A stretch of 63,026 nucleotides of DNA, filler included, from Platydemus manokwari (taxonomy: Eukaryota): assembly GCA_037951405.1 (NCBI GenBank). It is 6 parts of 6 records of this genome, joined end to end, with 100 filler letters (N's around TTAATTAATTAA, not from the genome) between each part and the next. Parts side by side here need not be neighbours in the genome. Positions count along the whole stretch, not along the records: positions 23,174 to 33,779 come from JBBMOY011120552.1; positions 33,880 to 43,564 come from JBBMOY011200098.1; 4 more parts are not named here. One strand, written 5' to 3'. The notes beneath the pieces are model-generated. The model saw only the letters and a list, made by a program, of their open reading frames with translations, did no database searches and was not told where the DNA came from. How positions within the stretch are numbered: position 1 is the first letter of the stretch; each line of letters starts with the position of its first letter. The position numbers and the translations under genes were made by a program. Positions 26,360 through 39,890 of the stretch are shown here, piece by piece.

Positions 26360-29300
26360 TTAAAATTTTGAGTGTGAATTTATTTTGCTTTTTCCTTTCG
26401 TTGATGACATGAATTTGAGGAAATCTGAATAGATAATTCTGTAGAATAATACGATATTCATCAGGGTGATGATGGCCATTCCAATGCTACCGATTGTAAA
26501 ATAACCGAGACTGACATTGTGACGATTTTTCACTAACCATCGAGTCATCCAACATAGTGTCACCATGCGAAAAATGACAAATGTTCCTGAAAAAGATTGT
26601 AATGATTTACGAAAGACCCAAGCAAAATAATATCATTAAAATGTGTTAAATGAACACTACATATATATTGATATATAAGCAGTTCATAATATAGCGATAT
26701 AGATTTAGAACATATAATTTTAAGTACAGAATCTATTTCAAATGGGTAGCCTAGTGCGTACGCATTCTGGCACCCTAAAACATGAAAACATAATGTAAAA
26801 TAAAACATTACCAACATATATTCTATATAGTGAATTTAAACAAAATTTTGTGTAATTTTATCTAATATTTTTTAACTATTTATACCAGTCGATAATATGT
26901 ACTTTATATAATAATTTTAATTTATTATAATATAATTATTTTTTTTAATTACTTATCATATTGAGCTACCTTCATTCATCGTACTGGTAGCTCAATCTAT
27001 AATCCATTATGAATTGGATATCTTCAAGTTTTCGTACTCCAACGGGATTTATCTTAACTACAATAATGCGTCAGAGTTTATTGCATGTCAGGGCTTTAAA
27101 ATCCCATTGGAGTTCTGCGCGGATTTTTAGACACAATATAGTAATCTTGGGTTTAGAATTACTTGATGAATTGGTCTCTCAATTAGTATATAAACGGATA
27201 GCTATTTATTAGATTTCTCTTAGTCATATATGTCCCTGATCCGAGGCCCACGGATGTCCGCATCATAAAATCATCACCATCATAATAAGGCCGAAATAGG
27301 ACTAATTTTCAGCAATAGACAGTTTATTTATTTATTTTTCCTATTTTGCATATTCAACCATGATTTAAAATAAAGGTAAACATAGAAGTAAAGATTTTAA
27401 TCCATTTTCTGTACAAAATAAACATTCGTATTAATATATTAAAAAAAATTATTGATTATTAACAAGAAATAATGAATTAATAGACCTTATTTTAAATAAA
27501 AAATTTTCAAAAATATAAAATAAATAAATTTATTGGAATATTTTTTTAATTATTATTTCTACACCATTTCCGACGAAACATGTAAAAATGTAAACACGTG
27601 TAAAAGAATATAATAAATATAAAATTTGATTAGCGAATGATCACAAAATAATCCAAGTAAATCTTTGAATTTATTTTCTCAACAATTTAGACAATTTTTA
27701 AACATTTTTGCTAAATTATGAATAACAAGATATTGATAACAACCGAAACAGTCGATAGGAATCGACTTAAAACGTATTTACAATATTATTGTCGAAAGTT
27801 CACCATAGCATGGTAAAAATGTAACTATTGATATTAGTGTGAATGTATAATAATGCCTGGATCACAGACACACCCATTATCATACATATATGGATTATAA
27901 TTATCGATATAGCTCATTGAAACAGCAATGTATAAGCAGTAAACAATAGAATACATACAGATAATATACCATGATTTATGTATGTATGTGTGTGTGCGGG
28001 AACATGAGATAAACCATCAAAAAACCACACGCATATTAAACAATTAATTTGAGCAAATCATATAAATTAACCATGGCGACAGAGTACCGTAGCTATCTCA
28101 ACACATACAAACTTAGTGGAGTATTTTAACGCAGTATATTCCATAAACACTTATTTTGTTTATTTACTCAAGAAAATATGACGACGGTGTAGCTAAGACG
28201 ACAAAAGCGTGATTTGCACGATAATATTGAATTTTTAATGTGAAATATATTCATCGACCACATTAAACTATCAATATAATTAAACAATCCGCATTTCAAA
28301 GTGCTATGATTACAGACCGCTAAAATGGTGTTTATAATTTTCATAGAACAAAATTTCTTATTCTCACGTGTACAGATAAATTTCACTATTGAAGCGGTAA
28401 CAACAATCTTGGTAATAATTCTATTAGAACACTACCGACAAGTATTTGAAAATAAATCTAATAATGGATCACACAAACATTGCCATCAATGTTAAATATT
28501 ATTTATGTTTCAAATTTAGAGGTCATTTACTGAAAGTTCATTTATAAAGTACTATATATGGTGTCACCCTATTTAACCTGGTGTTCAACTTTGATATCGA
28601 TCTTTTTTGCTGCGTTATCGCGATAAAATATATTAATTCTGAAATTGATAATTCAGTATTTTCAAATAAATCTCTAAGACTATTGAGATTTTCTGAATAA
28701 TGCAGACCGTAAGCAAATATTTAACATAAGGAGTTGCAATAATTACTTTATTTCGCTAATGGTTATGAGAAGCACATCTTTGATTAACTTACTGACTGTA
28801 ACAATTATGAGGTAAATTATTAAATCCATATTGTGATTATTTTCGGGTTTTTCCACAAATATAATTGATTATCTCGTGTACCCAAATTTAGACATCTCCA
28901 TCTATTATTTACATATATTTTTAACGGCTGTTTAAGGTGCAATATTTTCTGAATAAATATCATTGATTTATTGTTTATGTGACCTTTGTCGATTCTTCAG
29001 TTGTTAATTATTCTGATATGCAAAAATTAATGCCTGATGGCAGTTCCCGTGTCTAAAATCTATTCTAGTATCGAAGGTACATTGTAAGTAAATCAATTAT
29101 TAAAAAACTGAAAAAAAAACAATCGACCTTTAGATATTATTCAAATTTTCGTTACAAAATTATAATCGAATTTTTTTATTCATCTTTGATTTCGTGTGAA
29201 TTTTGTTTATCAATAACCCTAATATTCAAGTGGCTATTTAAACAATAAAATCGATTCCAGATTTACCTATATTCAATATATTGTTCGTTCTGTATATCGG

Positions 29301-32300
29301 GCTAGATTTATTGAATCCCAATAAACCTAATATCTGTCTCAAATGGAGAAATATAGAATTCACTTCCACTAACAAGGCCACTAAAGCATAACCGACAAAC
29401 AAACGAGTAACCACGGAAATGCCAAAACAAATTAAAATCTAAAATGAAAGAAAAATAGATATAATATAAAATTCACCAAAATCAATCTCACTATGAAATG
29501 GTGAAATACTAGTTCATATGATTGTCTTCCTGGTCCCTTGGTGATCATGTCAAATGCATCATGGATAAAATAGCCTGAATATCAAAGACTCGAAATAGAA
29601 ATATTTTGATGAAAATCAAAATGAAAACAGTTCCAAAATTCATCAAATTTCAATATTAAAAATAGAAGGACATGGGTTTGACTCGAATTGATATTTTATT
29701 AATTATTAATAGTCTGATAACAATCATGTAAATAAACACTGTAAAAATCGGAAGTTTGAAAACATTGGTCTGTGATGCCTTAAGATAACCTTATAATATT
29801 TATTGTATACAAATATATAAATAATCGATATTCAGTGTTAAGTAAAACTACGTTACAAAATTATTTCACACAGTTTTTATCAAGATCTGCAATTTTTTGT
29901 AACAAATCTTGTACTTTAATAAAGGTCCTGGAAATAAAATATGGATGAGTTTGAAAATATTGCAAGATAGGTTTTCTCATTCGAACATAAAAACATTTAG
30001 AACTGGCGGGAATAGAACAAAAATTATTGATTATTACAAAATAGCAGTCTCAAATCGGAATGATTCAAAAATATACATATTTCGGAAGTCCCGAAACTTA
30101 TATGTACAACATTTAAAAGCAACACGAAAAATAAATCATTGTTTTTCTATAGCTTGGTGCGTGGAGGAACTGATCACTTGATAAAAATTTATGAAAAAAA
30201 GTAGAAATTAAATTAATAAAAATCGATTTATTTCATCTGAAAGTGTTAAAATAAAATTAAGATTAAATCATGGCTTTGAATAATTTCATGGGAGGATAGC
30301 GAATGAGATTGCGTTATATTGTGCTGATAAAGTTCAATAAATGTGTTTTCGTCAGATGGATCCCAAAGAGTATAGAACAAGGAAAATAAAGTATAACAAT
30401 TAAACAATGCTTGAGAACAATTTTGATTTGGGGCTGTATGTCATTTTTCGGTGTTGGAAAAAAAATCTTAGATTTGTACATACAAGCGTTGAGTTTCAAA
30501 AGAATCGAAGGTTGTAATCTGTATTTTCATTCACGAGTACTAATCAATACGATACAAAAACCTCCAAAATTCGACAAAACATAAAAAACACAATCTAAAA
30601 CTTGGCTTTCAACCTGCAGTTTGAAATCAGTATTTACAGTTGAGATTTGTGTGCAAATTTTGTATCACGTTTGTATCACACATTGATTTGATCTTTTATT
30701 TCTCATGTTTCTATTGTATTTATTGATTTTATATACTCGAGATTGATCAATCCTTGTGTATATGTTACCGTGTGACTATGTCTCTTTTTCGAATTATAAT
30801 TTTCCATTTAAGTCAGCTGTGATTGGTTGGTTGCTATGCCTGGATGGTTGTGCAGGCTTGCAAATACTTAAAGTGCAAAATCGTTATTGTTTTTGTGACA
30901 TTTCATCTTTACTCAACACAAATTATTTTAGTTAAAAAATAATAATATCAATGAAAACAATAATTTAAAATTATTAATGCATTTGAGCATAATTGATTTT
31001 GTCTCACACTTTCCAAATAAAATTGTGATATTAATTTGGTGCACTAAAAACTAATGGAAATCAATTTAAAAATGAATTAAAATTAAATCAATCATTTTAA
31101 AATCATTTATAACAATTTTATGCAAAAATTACCTCACATATCCACAAAATTCAATCACAAACAGTTCAAGTGATATTAAAATTTTCAAAAACTAGATTTC
31201 AACATATTTATTGATTTTTAAGGAATTATTGATATAAAACGTCTCGATAATAAATGAAGTAAATTGCTATAAATATTCAACTGTGATTCGAATTAATTAA
31301 TGTCAAACGATGTCATTTTAATAACAGAGATAAGGTGTATCATGATAATATTTTTCCAGAAAAAATTACGAAATTCCGAAAACAAATTAATTAATTAGAC
31401 GTTCCATATTAGAAATCAATAATTAATTAATTTTAAAAATGATTTTCATTTTAAGAGATCTCAAGTTTAATAAGAAATCAATATTTTAATCATTTTAATT
31501 AATTATTGGTATGTTGGATTTGTTTTTTAAAAATATTTTAATCAATAAATAAATTACAGCCAACCCTGTTTAATATGAACATATTTTAATGTGAACATTT
31601 AAGTCCAGAATTATTGGAAATTATATGGTTTACATAGGAAATTATGTTTTATAATACGAACACTGTTTATTTTGAACAATGGACAAAAAATAGTCCAAAA
31701 TAAATCAATAAATTATACAATTGTTGTTTAAATATTTAATTTTTAACTGTCTTTTATGAACATGAAAAACATAAATTCAAAACGAAAGAGAAAAGATTTA
31801 AGTATCGAAGAGAAACGGAAATTGTTAAAATTATTCGATGAAGATAAATGTTGTTCTCAACACCTTCTTTCATCAAAATATAATCTTTCATTAGGCTGTA
31901 TAAATAATCTGAAGAAATCTTTAGATTCCATTTTAAATTCAAACTTGAATATCAAACAAAAATGACAAACACATTGACGTAGTGGATATCAAGTTGATGC
32001 CATCTTCTTATATCAATGATTTCAGATCCAGAGAACAAGAAATATCACTATCAGTGGTGATATACTATAACAAAAAGCATTATAATTAGCAAATCACTTA
32101 AAAAATCATGATTTTAAATCATCATAAAGTTAGCTTGATTTTTTCCTTTCCAGACATATGATATCATCGAAAAAAATTATTGGGGAACCTAAAATCGTAG
32201 ATGAAAGGTATGTTCTTAATTTTAAGAAATTGTGATAAGGTTACACAAGAGATATGATGAAAAAAGGTTGATTTATATCAAGCAATAGTTTGGATTTCGA

Positions 32301-33636
32301 AAGCATGGAATAGTGTAAAACCTGCGACTGTTTCTAATTGTTTTACCAAGTCTTCAAAAAATGCGTATGTTAAAGAAATGAATATCGAATGTGATGATTT
32401 TCCATGTTTTGAAATTAATCCAAAATTTGACGAAGATATCTTGTTTAATTTAGTCGAAACATATGAAAATGAAGAAACAAATGACAATTCTGTTGAAGAG
32501 ATGGAAGAAGATACAGCAATAACAGGATTTGAAGCCTATCAGTATGCAAGAAAACTTGAAAAATCCTTCCAATCTAATATTCCTGATAAGGTGAACAAAA
32601 TATGGGATTTAATTTGAAGAACTTCAAGTAAAAAAAGCATCCAGGCAATTTAAAATCACAGACTTTATTATGTGTCAATGAAATAAAAATTGTGTTAAAT
32701 AGGCGTAATAAATACTTTTTGTGATATCTTTGATATTGTTATGTTAATAGCTGTTTATATTATTTTTTATTTATGAACATTTGAAAAAATCGGAACACTA
32801 ATGTTCATATTGAACAGAGTCGACTGTATAATCAACATTATTTTTTTTAATAATAAATATTATTAATAATAATCATTAAATTAATTTAAATTTCGCGTTC
32901 AACATTTGTTTATTTATTGAAAGCACTTCTCATAACATATTGTTATATTATTAAAATTTAAATATCAATTAAACTTAAAGTGCAAATGTGACACATTTTA
33001 CAAAGTACACCTATTTGTAATTCTGAAGTATCATAATCATTATAATTGCCTAATCACTCTACGGCATATCTAGCCGTAATAATTGGTACTCCCAGACCTT
33101 ATTTGTTCATAAACAGCTAATTATGCATACAATTCTTTCTGAAGCACATATTCAAATCAAATGATTCAGTTAATTTGTGTAATTATACAAGTACAAGAAA
33201 TCAAAATACCTAAGGAAAATGAAACTAAAATTACACTTCCTTTTGTGTGCGTGTTGATTAGGTCCACTCGAATATTTTCGTTTAAATAAAAGCTGGAATG
33301 AAATATTGGAACATTATTCGATGAAAATATCTTTATTCAACATTTATTTGAAAATAATAATCAAAATATATGAATGCGAAAATACTAAAAATCAAATTAA
33401 AAAACTTACCAAAGAACTGATAAAGATCCAGTTATAAATGAATGCAATAAGGACATTAGGACATTTCTATATTTCCAAAAAATTTCCGAAGATTTTAATT
33501 GGGTATTTTTACTGCCATTTTGAGTAATAGAAAGCAACCTCGGTGGTCCCAAAACATTCACAAAATGATTCAAAACGTAAAATATGAGAAAACTAGCAAA
33601 AATTGTAGGCAAAACAATGAATAAAAAACTTTCCAT
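26360..33636 (-). CDS. TLC domain-containing membrane protein (TLCD1/TLCD2-like), 263 aa, 5 exons: 33636-33410, 33292-33210, 29574-29492, 29438-29267, 26586-26360
   Basis: All introns are GT-AG with consistent phases (227+83+83+172+227=792 nt). TLC motifs: WKYRNVLMSLLHS, GYFIHDAFDM, ELVFHH, LLVEVNSIFLHLR, TFVIFR, MNIVLFYRI. Confidence 0.9.
31557..32826 (+). mobile_element. Internally deleted Tigger/pogo (CENP-B-like) DNA transposon in intron 2 of the TLC gene
   Basis: 26-bp TIRs (CAGCCAACCCTGTTTAATATGAACAT vs CAGTCGACTCTGTTCAATATGAACAT, 4 mismatches) with TA on both sides. HTH KRKRKDLSIEEKRKLL, C-terminal AIVWISKAWNSVKPATVSNCF and an acidic tail. The DDE core is deleted. Confidence 0.9.
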
Positions 33637-33779
33637 TTATAAAATTTGAATTTGTGTGAACTAATTATAAAACTTATTTCAAACTGTAGATAAAGAATTA
33701 CTCATTTACATATCCCCGCACCATAGTCAAGGTTATATATCGATTCAAAGAAACAATATGAATTAGCACTTTAATAAAT

Positions 33780-33879
33780 NNNNNNNNNNNNNNNNNNNNN
33801 NNNNNNNNNNNNNNNNNNNNNNNTTAATTAATTAANNNNNNNNNNNNNNNNNNNNNNNNNNNNNNNNNNNNNNNNNNNN
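33780..33879. other. Artificial contig linker
   Basis: N44-TTAATTAATTAA-N44. Confidence 0.98.
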
Positions 33880-36874
33880 ATAATAATAAAATATATTAAC
33901 CTCAATTATTTTGTTAAACGAAAGAATATCGTGTCACAGAATTCCACGACATCATGCCAACATTGCTGCATCTATGTTAAATTAATGAGTCTATTTGAAT
34001 GACGCGAAGCATTGAGATCGTAAATAATTTAAAATTATTTTTGACATTCATCGAATTTTTTTACTATTAATTCTCTGGAAGAAAATAATCAATGTAAAAT
34101 TCTTTAAAAATATTCATTTTAAAGAAAATGAGATAAAAATTTATCATTTTAATTTTGCTTTTTTAAAATGATTTCGAAAAATATTTTTCACTTTCAACAT
34201 ATATCTCATTTCAGTCCCTTTAAATATTTCTTTCAAATATGGATATGTTGCTATGACAACATCGATGGAATTGTGTTCATGAAACATTCCTAAGACTTTA
34301 CGATTGATTAAAAAGTTGTTTTAGATTTTTCAATTTGACCGCTCGATATTTAGATGGTGAAAGAGAAGGACAGAAGAACACCATCTGAAATTTATCACTG
34401 TCTTTCGGATTGAGACAGACAAAGCTAAGAAACGAATGGAAATTGACAGATTAAGTCTAATATAATTGATTCGATCAAAACAGAATCAATTATCCTAGCA
34501 ACAGTTGGTGAAGTCTAAGACCACCAGTGATTCAATCACAATATTTAATAAAATTATTTAAATAAATAATAATTTATTCCTTGAATTTTTATTCAATTCT
34601 GTAATAATGATTTTCAGAATAAGGTGCTTGGTTTTCTGTGATATGATTGGCTGAAAAAATACTAGAGAGACCAAAATAATTTTTTACGATTTATACAAAA
34701 AAATTCGGAATAGCCAGAGAAAATCGGAGAAGAAAAATGAAATTTTTATTAATGACAGTTTTAATATAAAAATTAAACTTCAATGTAAATTGTGATGAAA
34801 TAAAAATAAAATATTTATTGATTATTTTCTTCATTTTCATGTTATTAACGAGTAGAATGAACTGCAAAATCAGTATATCTGTGCTCTATTCATCGGAATT
34901 TCCAATGAATCAATCGACATGTCATTACAAGACATTCAATATTAAATGAAAATGATTAAAAATAAACTTGGCAGGAATGGTTTGATACAAAAGGTACAAT
35001 AAACATTGTGGAAGTTTGTTCCGTCCGGGAAATTGAATAATCCATAAAATATGAATTATATTACTGAAGTTATCTTAGACTTCGCATGCTTGGTTGAACA
35101 GCCAGCAGTAATGTATATTGTGAAGGATGTTGATAATCAAAAACCCGAAAGATTAGGAAGAATTAACAATGGATAGATTAATGATATATCCCATAGTATA
35201 GTTGTAAGGGATGAAAAGATGCTAATAACTGTTAGCTTATATGAACAATGGGAAAAGAGAAATGTCGAAAGAGAATTCTATGCATGACGATGGCAACTCT
35301 AATTGTATACCAAATCAAGTCTCAATCCAAAATAGAATGACTTGATTTTTCTTTGAATTACGATTTGTGCAGTAATAATTATGTTCTTGTATGGTTTGTT
35401 CATGTTATGGAAGTTATAATAAATTTGGGTAAAATAGATATTGATTATTTGAAAAATAAATTAATTAGAATAAAATCGATAAAATTAAATCAGATGATGG
35501 TATAAAGTACTAAAAATAATTTAAATTATTAACGACACTACGGTACCGAAAGATAAATGAAATCCAGACAAAATTATATTAATCATCGAGCACAAAGTAC
35601 TGAAGTTAAAAATTACAATAAACACTGCAGTCAAAATCGGAAATTCGCTCATTTAAAAGATCTGTTTATATTTGTAAAATGCCTGAAACGCATTTCTGAA
35701 ATAATCGTCTGCAAATTTAATATTCGAAAACATTTTAAAAATCGAAAAAAACTCTTTCAGTAATTTTATCTTTCTATCAAAAATAAAATGAGAAATAAAT
35801 AACCAATAGGATCCTTGTTTTTGAACATCAACGAAATTATACACTGAAATATATTTTTCTGAACTCAGTAAGTTGTAATTTAGTTCTTGAGATCTCAGAG
35901 AGATAATTATAGGAGTAGTTTTTGGAAAAATTTATTGATAGAGTCAATTTCAATGCAAATAAAGTTGTAAATCAAGTTAAATTCAATAAAATTTTATAAA
36001 TAATATGTGCTGTTTTTGTCAAAGTTAAAACCTCGAGGGTTTGTAGTACAGTAATCAATTCATTTATTTTTCAAGAACTCACGCTATTGAATTTGCTAAT
36101 GAATTTCTGTGAACACAAAACCCACAACAGTAAGTGCCAGTGAACGAATTTTCAGCTGGTACTCAAGAATTTTACAAATACAGTCCTGGAATTAAAAATC
36201 ATATCACAATTTGTCGAGGAGATTGTTTACGTTTTATGAATAATTGTCTATTATTGTCATGTCATTTATGATTCTCATTTCTAGACAGTCGACAATTTAG
36301 GAGACACACATATTATGAAGAATTTTATAGGTAATAAATGGACAATAATAACTGTAATAATAATGATCATTATATTTTCAGTAATAATAATAACAATAAA
36401 TGGCAAAACATTACAATCCTGAGATAGGTTTTAGCTAGAAATCGATTGCCAACGACCTAAATAATAACATGATAGAGTGTTGCTAACTAAAATGATTGGA
36501 TGAGCATTCATTGAACGAAAATGAAATATAAAATCAATAATGTTTATATATTATGTTCCTTCATTGGTTGAGTAAGATTGCTGTTGAGTTGGCATTGATT
36601 GAGATAAAATATTCAGGTCACACCCTGTGACAGGTTTTGATTGATAATGTTGTAATGCTGTGTTTTTGTGAAATTGATATTTATTGTGTTACAAGATTTA
36701 TTTAAATAGAGATCTGTTTGGTTTTGCTAGATTGATTTTGACCTACTTGTGTCTGAAAGCTTCGATTCATGACGTCATCGTGTCAGTACAGGCACTGCCT
36801 GTTACAAGCTCGCATTCTTCTTTCACTCATCTCGGCTTTTCTATGGGTAGAATTTGTACGCTTTTGTGAGGTTT

Positions 36875-37085
36875 AATGATAATAATAATAATATTAATAA
36901 TAATCATCATCATCATCATGATTAATAATAATCATAATAATAATCATAATTAATAATAATAATAATCATAATGATAATAATAAACATAATTAATAATAAT
37001 AATGATAAACAAAAAATAGTCGAAAAAATAGATAAAATCTGTTATTATTATCGAGATTATATTATTATTAATAATAATAAATAAA
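36875..37085. repeat. Compound (AAT/CAT)n microsatellite region
   Basis: Directly visible, interrupted. Confidence 0.85.
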
Positions 37086-38310
37086 TCAGACTGGTCAGTG
37101 ATAAATCTTCATCTGAATTAATTATGTTAATACCCATAATTAATTATACAAATCGTTTCAGTAAAGCTCATCTCTACTTCTGATTCAATAATTCAATCAC
37201 AGAATTATCAATAGAATTATCTTTAACGCTATTTAACTTATTGATTCAACTCCTGGAATCGCTTCCGTAAATCTATCATTGTATATAAAATACCGATTAT
37301 TTCATACAGTTGATATATTCAGCTGATTCTCACAACAATTCACTGGCATTATTATTGAATGAAATCGTCATCATTTCATTATCGATTATGCCATCATTTA
37401 ACCTATCAACACAAACATAACAAATAATTATTTTCAAATATTTCTTTAATTGTTTCACACATGACCAGCTGACATCAATAACTGATTGAGAATGGTTTGA
37501 GTTGACAAAGATAATTGATGGATAAATAATTATTAAATATCGATGATAACAGAGAATATTTAATCTCATTCATAAATACATTGGGTCACATTGATTTGTA
37601 GGGCATTTTATATTTATGCCGTGTTATATTATAATAAAGATGATAATATATAATGATATTAAATACAATACTTGTAATTTATGAGGGAACACGTTGCTAA
37701 CGTTGTGATCTGTCAAGGTTATCAGTTGCGAGCAATGACATCAGCATTTGATTTGATCTGAAATAATAATTGATGTGTGTTGTGATATCAGAATTGCTAC
37801 AACAATGCCACACAACCCATCAGGGCATTGACAGAAAATGTCAAGAAAGATAATTTTAAACTTGTTTATCTCGACGTTTTAGAAAAAATACTCGCATCAC
37901 GATTGAAGAAATTATTAATGAGAATTGGGATAAGAAAAATCAATTATTATATTAAATTGAATTTTAACATACACACGATCAAATGTGAGTATGAGAAATA
38001 TCGATTAAAACAAGACCAAATCATTTATTGAATTATTATTTGATCTAACTCTGTATTTTCATTACATTTCTGTCATGCCATTTGTATTGTGATGTGACAA
38101 ATACCGAGACCTGCATTGATGTTTACAAGCTGAAATATTATAATGTTTTGATTTGGTTGAGTTGTTTAATACTGTATTGATTTAATTAAAACAAACTATT
38201 GTTATATAATTGGAGTTGAGTTTGAGACGACATTGATTTGTCAAATAAAAGATTAGTAAGAAATAAAATCACAAATTAATGAAATATTCAAGGAAAACTA
38301 ATCAAAATGA

Positions 38311-38322
38311 GTAATAATAATG

Positions 38323-38367
<45 letters not shown>
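38311..38367. repeat. (AAT)n microsatellite
   Basis: Directly visible. Confidence 0.95.
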
Positions 38368-38368
<1 letters not shown>

Positions 38369-39605
38369 TTATATTATATTATATATTATATATAAAGCTA
38401 TATTGAATCGCGAAGACAATACAAATATTTTGTCATCTTCCAAATATTGTGTGAAAGAGTGAATATATTAGAGATGGCATAAATGCTGCATGATAATACA
38501 TACAGAAATATAATGACAAATAATCACACTGTCTGATAGATTTTCATAGCTGTAAATATGGTTTAATTAGTTGTTATTTGTGTGTTGATCTGTCTTGAAT
38601 CTTGTCTTGTTGGGATATAACATTAGATATCTTGTTGTGTTTCAATGTTTTGTTTTGATCGACACATCAGGCATAATTTGATTTTTCATCTATTTTCCCA
38701 ACCATCAATATAATGACGTAACTAATTTAATTAAATCGATATGAATAATTGTTGTAATTGTTGAATGACGAAATAATATGATGTGATGATGTCATTTGCT
38801 ATCACGTCTATTGGAACAAGATTATTGATCATTGACATCGATATTCAGCGTTTCTATTTTATTTATAATACAGTTTCGATGAAATTCAGATACTCATAAA
38901 CGTGACTCACAGCTCTCGAGCGCCATGCAATACAAAATCCGTATGTTGAAAACGAAACTATTTCCGACCCCTATGGGAAAACAGGAGTTTGAGAGCCGAG
39001 TCCAAATGTCTTGGATTAATTTTATTCGAACACATACGGACTCAGAAATGGACTGTATAATACCCTTATCAGTCAGCTGTACTAAAAGATCTGAACAATA
39101 CTTCTGGTCACATCGGTTTTCGAGCTCCCTAAGCATTACAGAAAGTAATAACACCAATTTTCGATGATTGCTTCAATGCATATCTCAATAATCCCAAATA
39201 GGCACCCTTTTTGCTTTCCCATAATCGAACTGTCTTTGTTAAGAGCCCTATCTTGATAATAAATCTATCTATTTTCATTGGTCAATCAAATTACACCTTG
39301 GTCAACCAATTTATGAACTCGCTGACTATTCGATCAATGTTCAACTTTTATGATAGTGAACCACTGCATCATTAATAATAATAATTATAATTATTATTAT
39401 TAATTTATATTATTAATTTTGTCACGCAAATTTCAAATGGTCATTTATCATGATTTGATTCCGTAAAATGATTCAGAATATTTTATTAATTATCTGCTCT
39501 TTATCATGAAATGAAATCCATAGAATCTTTTCAAACATTTATTAAAAATTTAAATTATTTTTTTTAATTAAAATTATAAAAATTCTTTTTCATATTTTTT
39601 ATTAA

Positions 39606-39890
39606 CACATTGACGGACAGTATGAACACGTGAAGTTCGAAATTTAACACTATATGTGCGTACTTAAGCTGCAAGTCGTGTAATAATAGGTGAAAAACAA
39701 AAGTCAACCGAAAGAATTGTTTTCAAAACATGACAACACTAGTCTTGTATTTGTACGCCGGCAAATGCACATTTGTGCCGCTATAGCCGCATTGTCCAAA
39801 AAAGACCGTTTCGTTTTAGGCGGCTGTTGCCGTCATGCTACATAGTGAACTTCGCTTCGACGGTTATAGATGCAAATGTCCGCCAACGGG
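39606..39890. mobile_element. Non-autonomous piggyBac-like element (285 bp)
   Basis: TTAA on both sides (39602-39605, 39891-39894). 14-bp TIRs CACATTGACGGACA vs CCCGTTGGCGGACA (3 mismatches). More GC-rich than the flanks. Confidence 0.7.

Noticed and set aside
27220-27305. Hammerhead-like CTGATCCGA-GGCC...GGCC-GAAA with a 9/10-bp stem III
   Set aside because: The core has an extra base relative to CUGANGA and there is no room for stem I. The segment also looks like the end of an LTR-like repeat.
38894-39157. Possible Helitron/PIF1 helicase C-terminus
   Set aside because: Diagnostic TIHKSQG and YVALSR motifs are not actually present.
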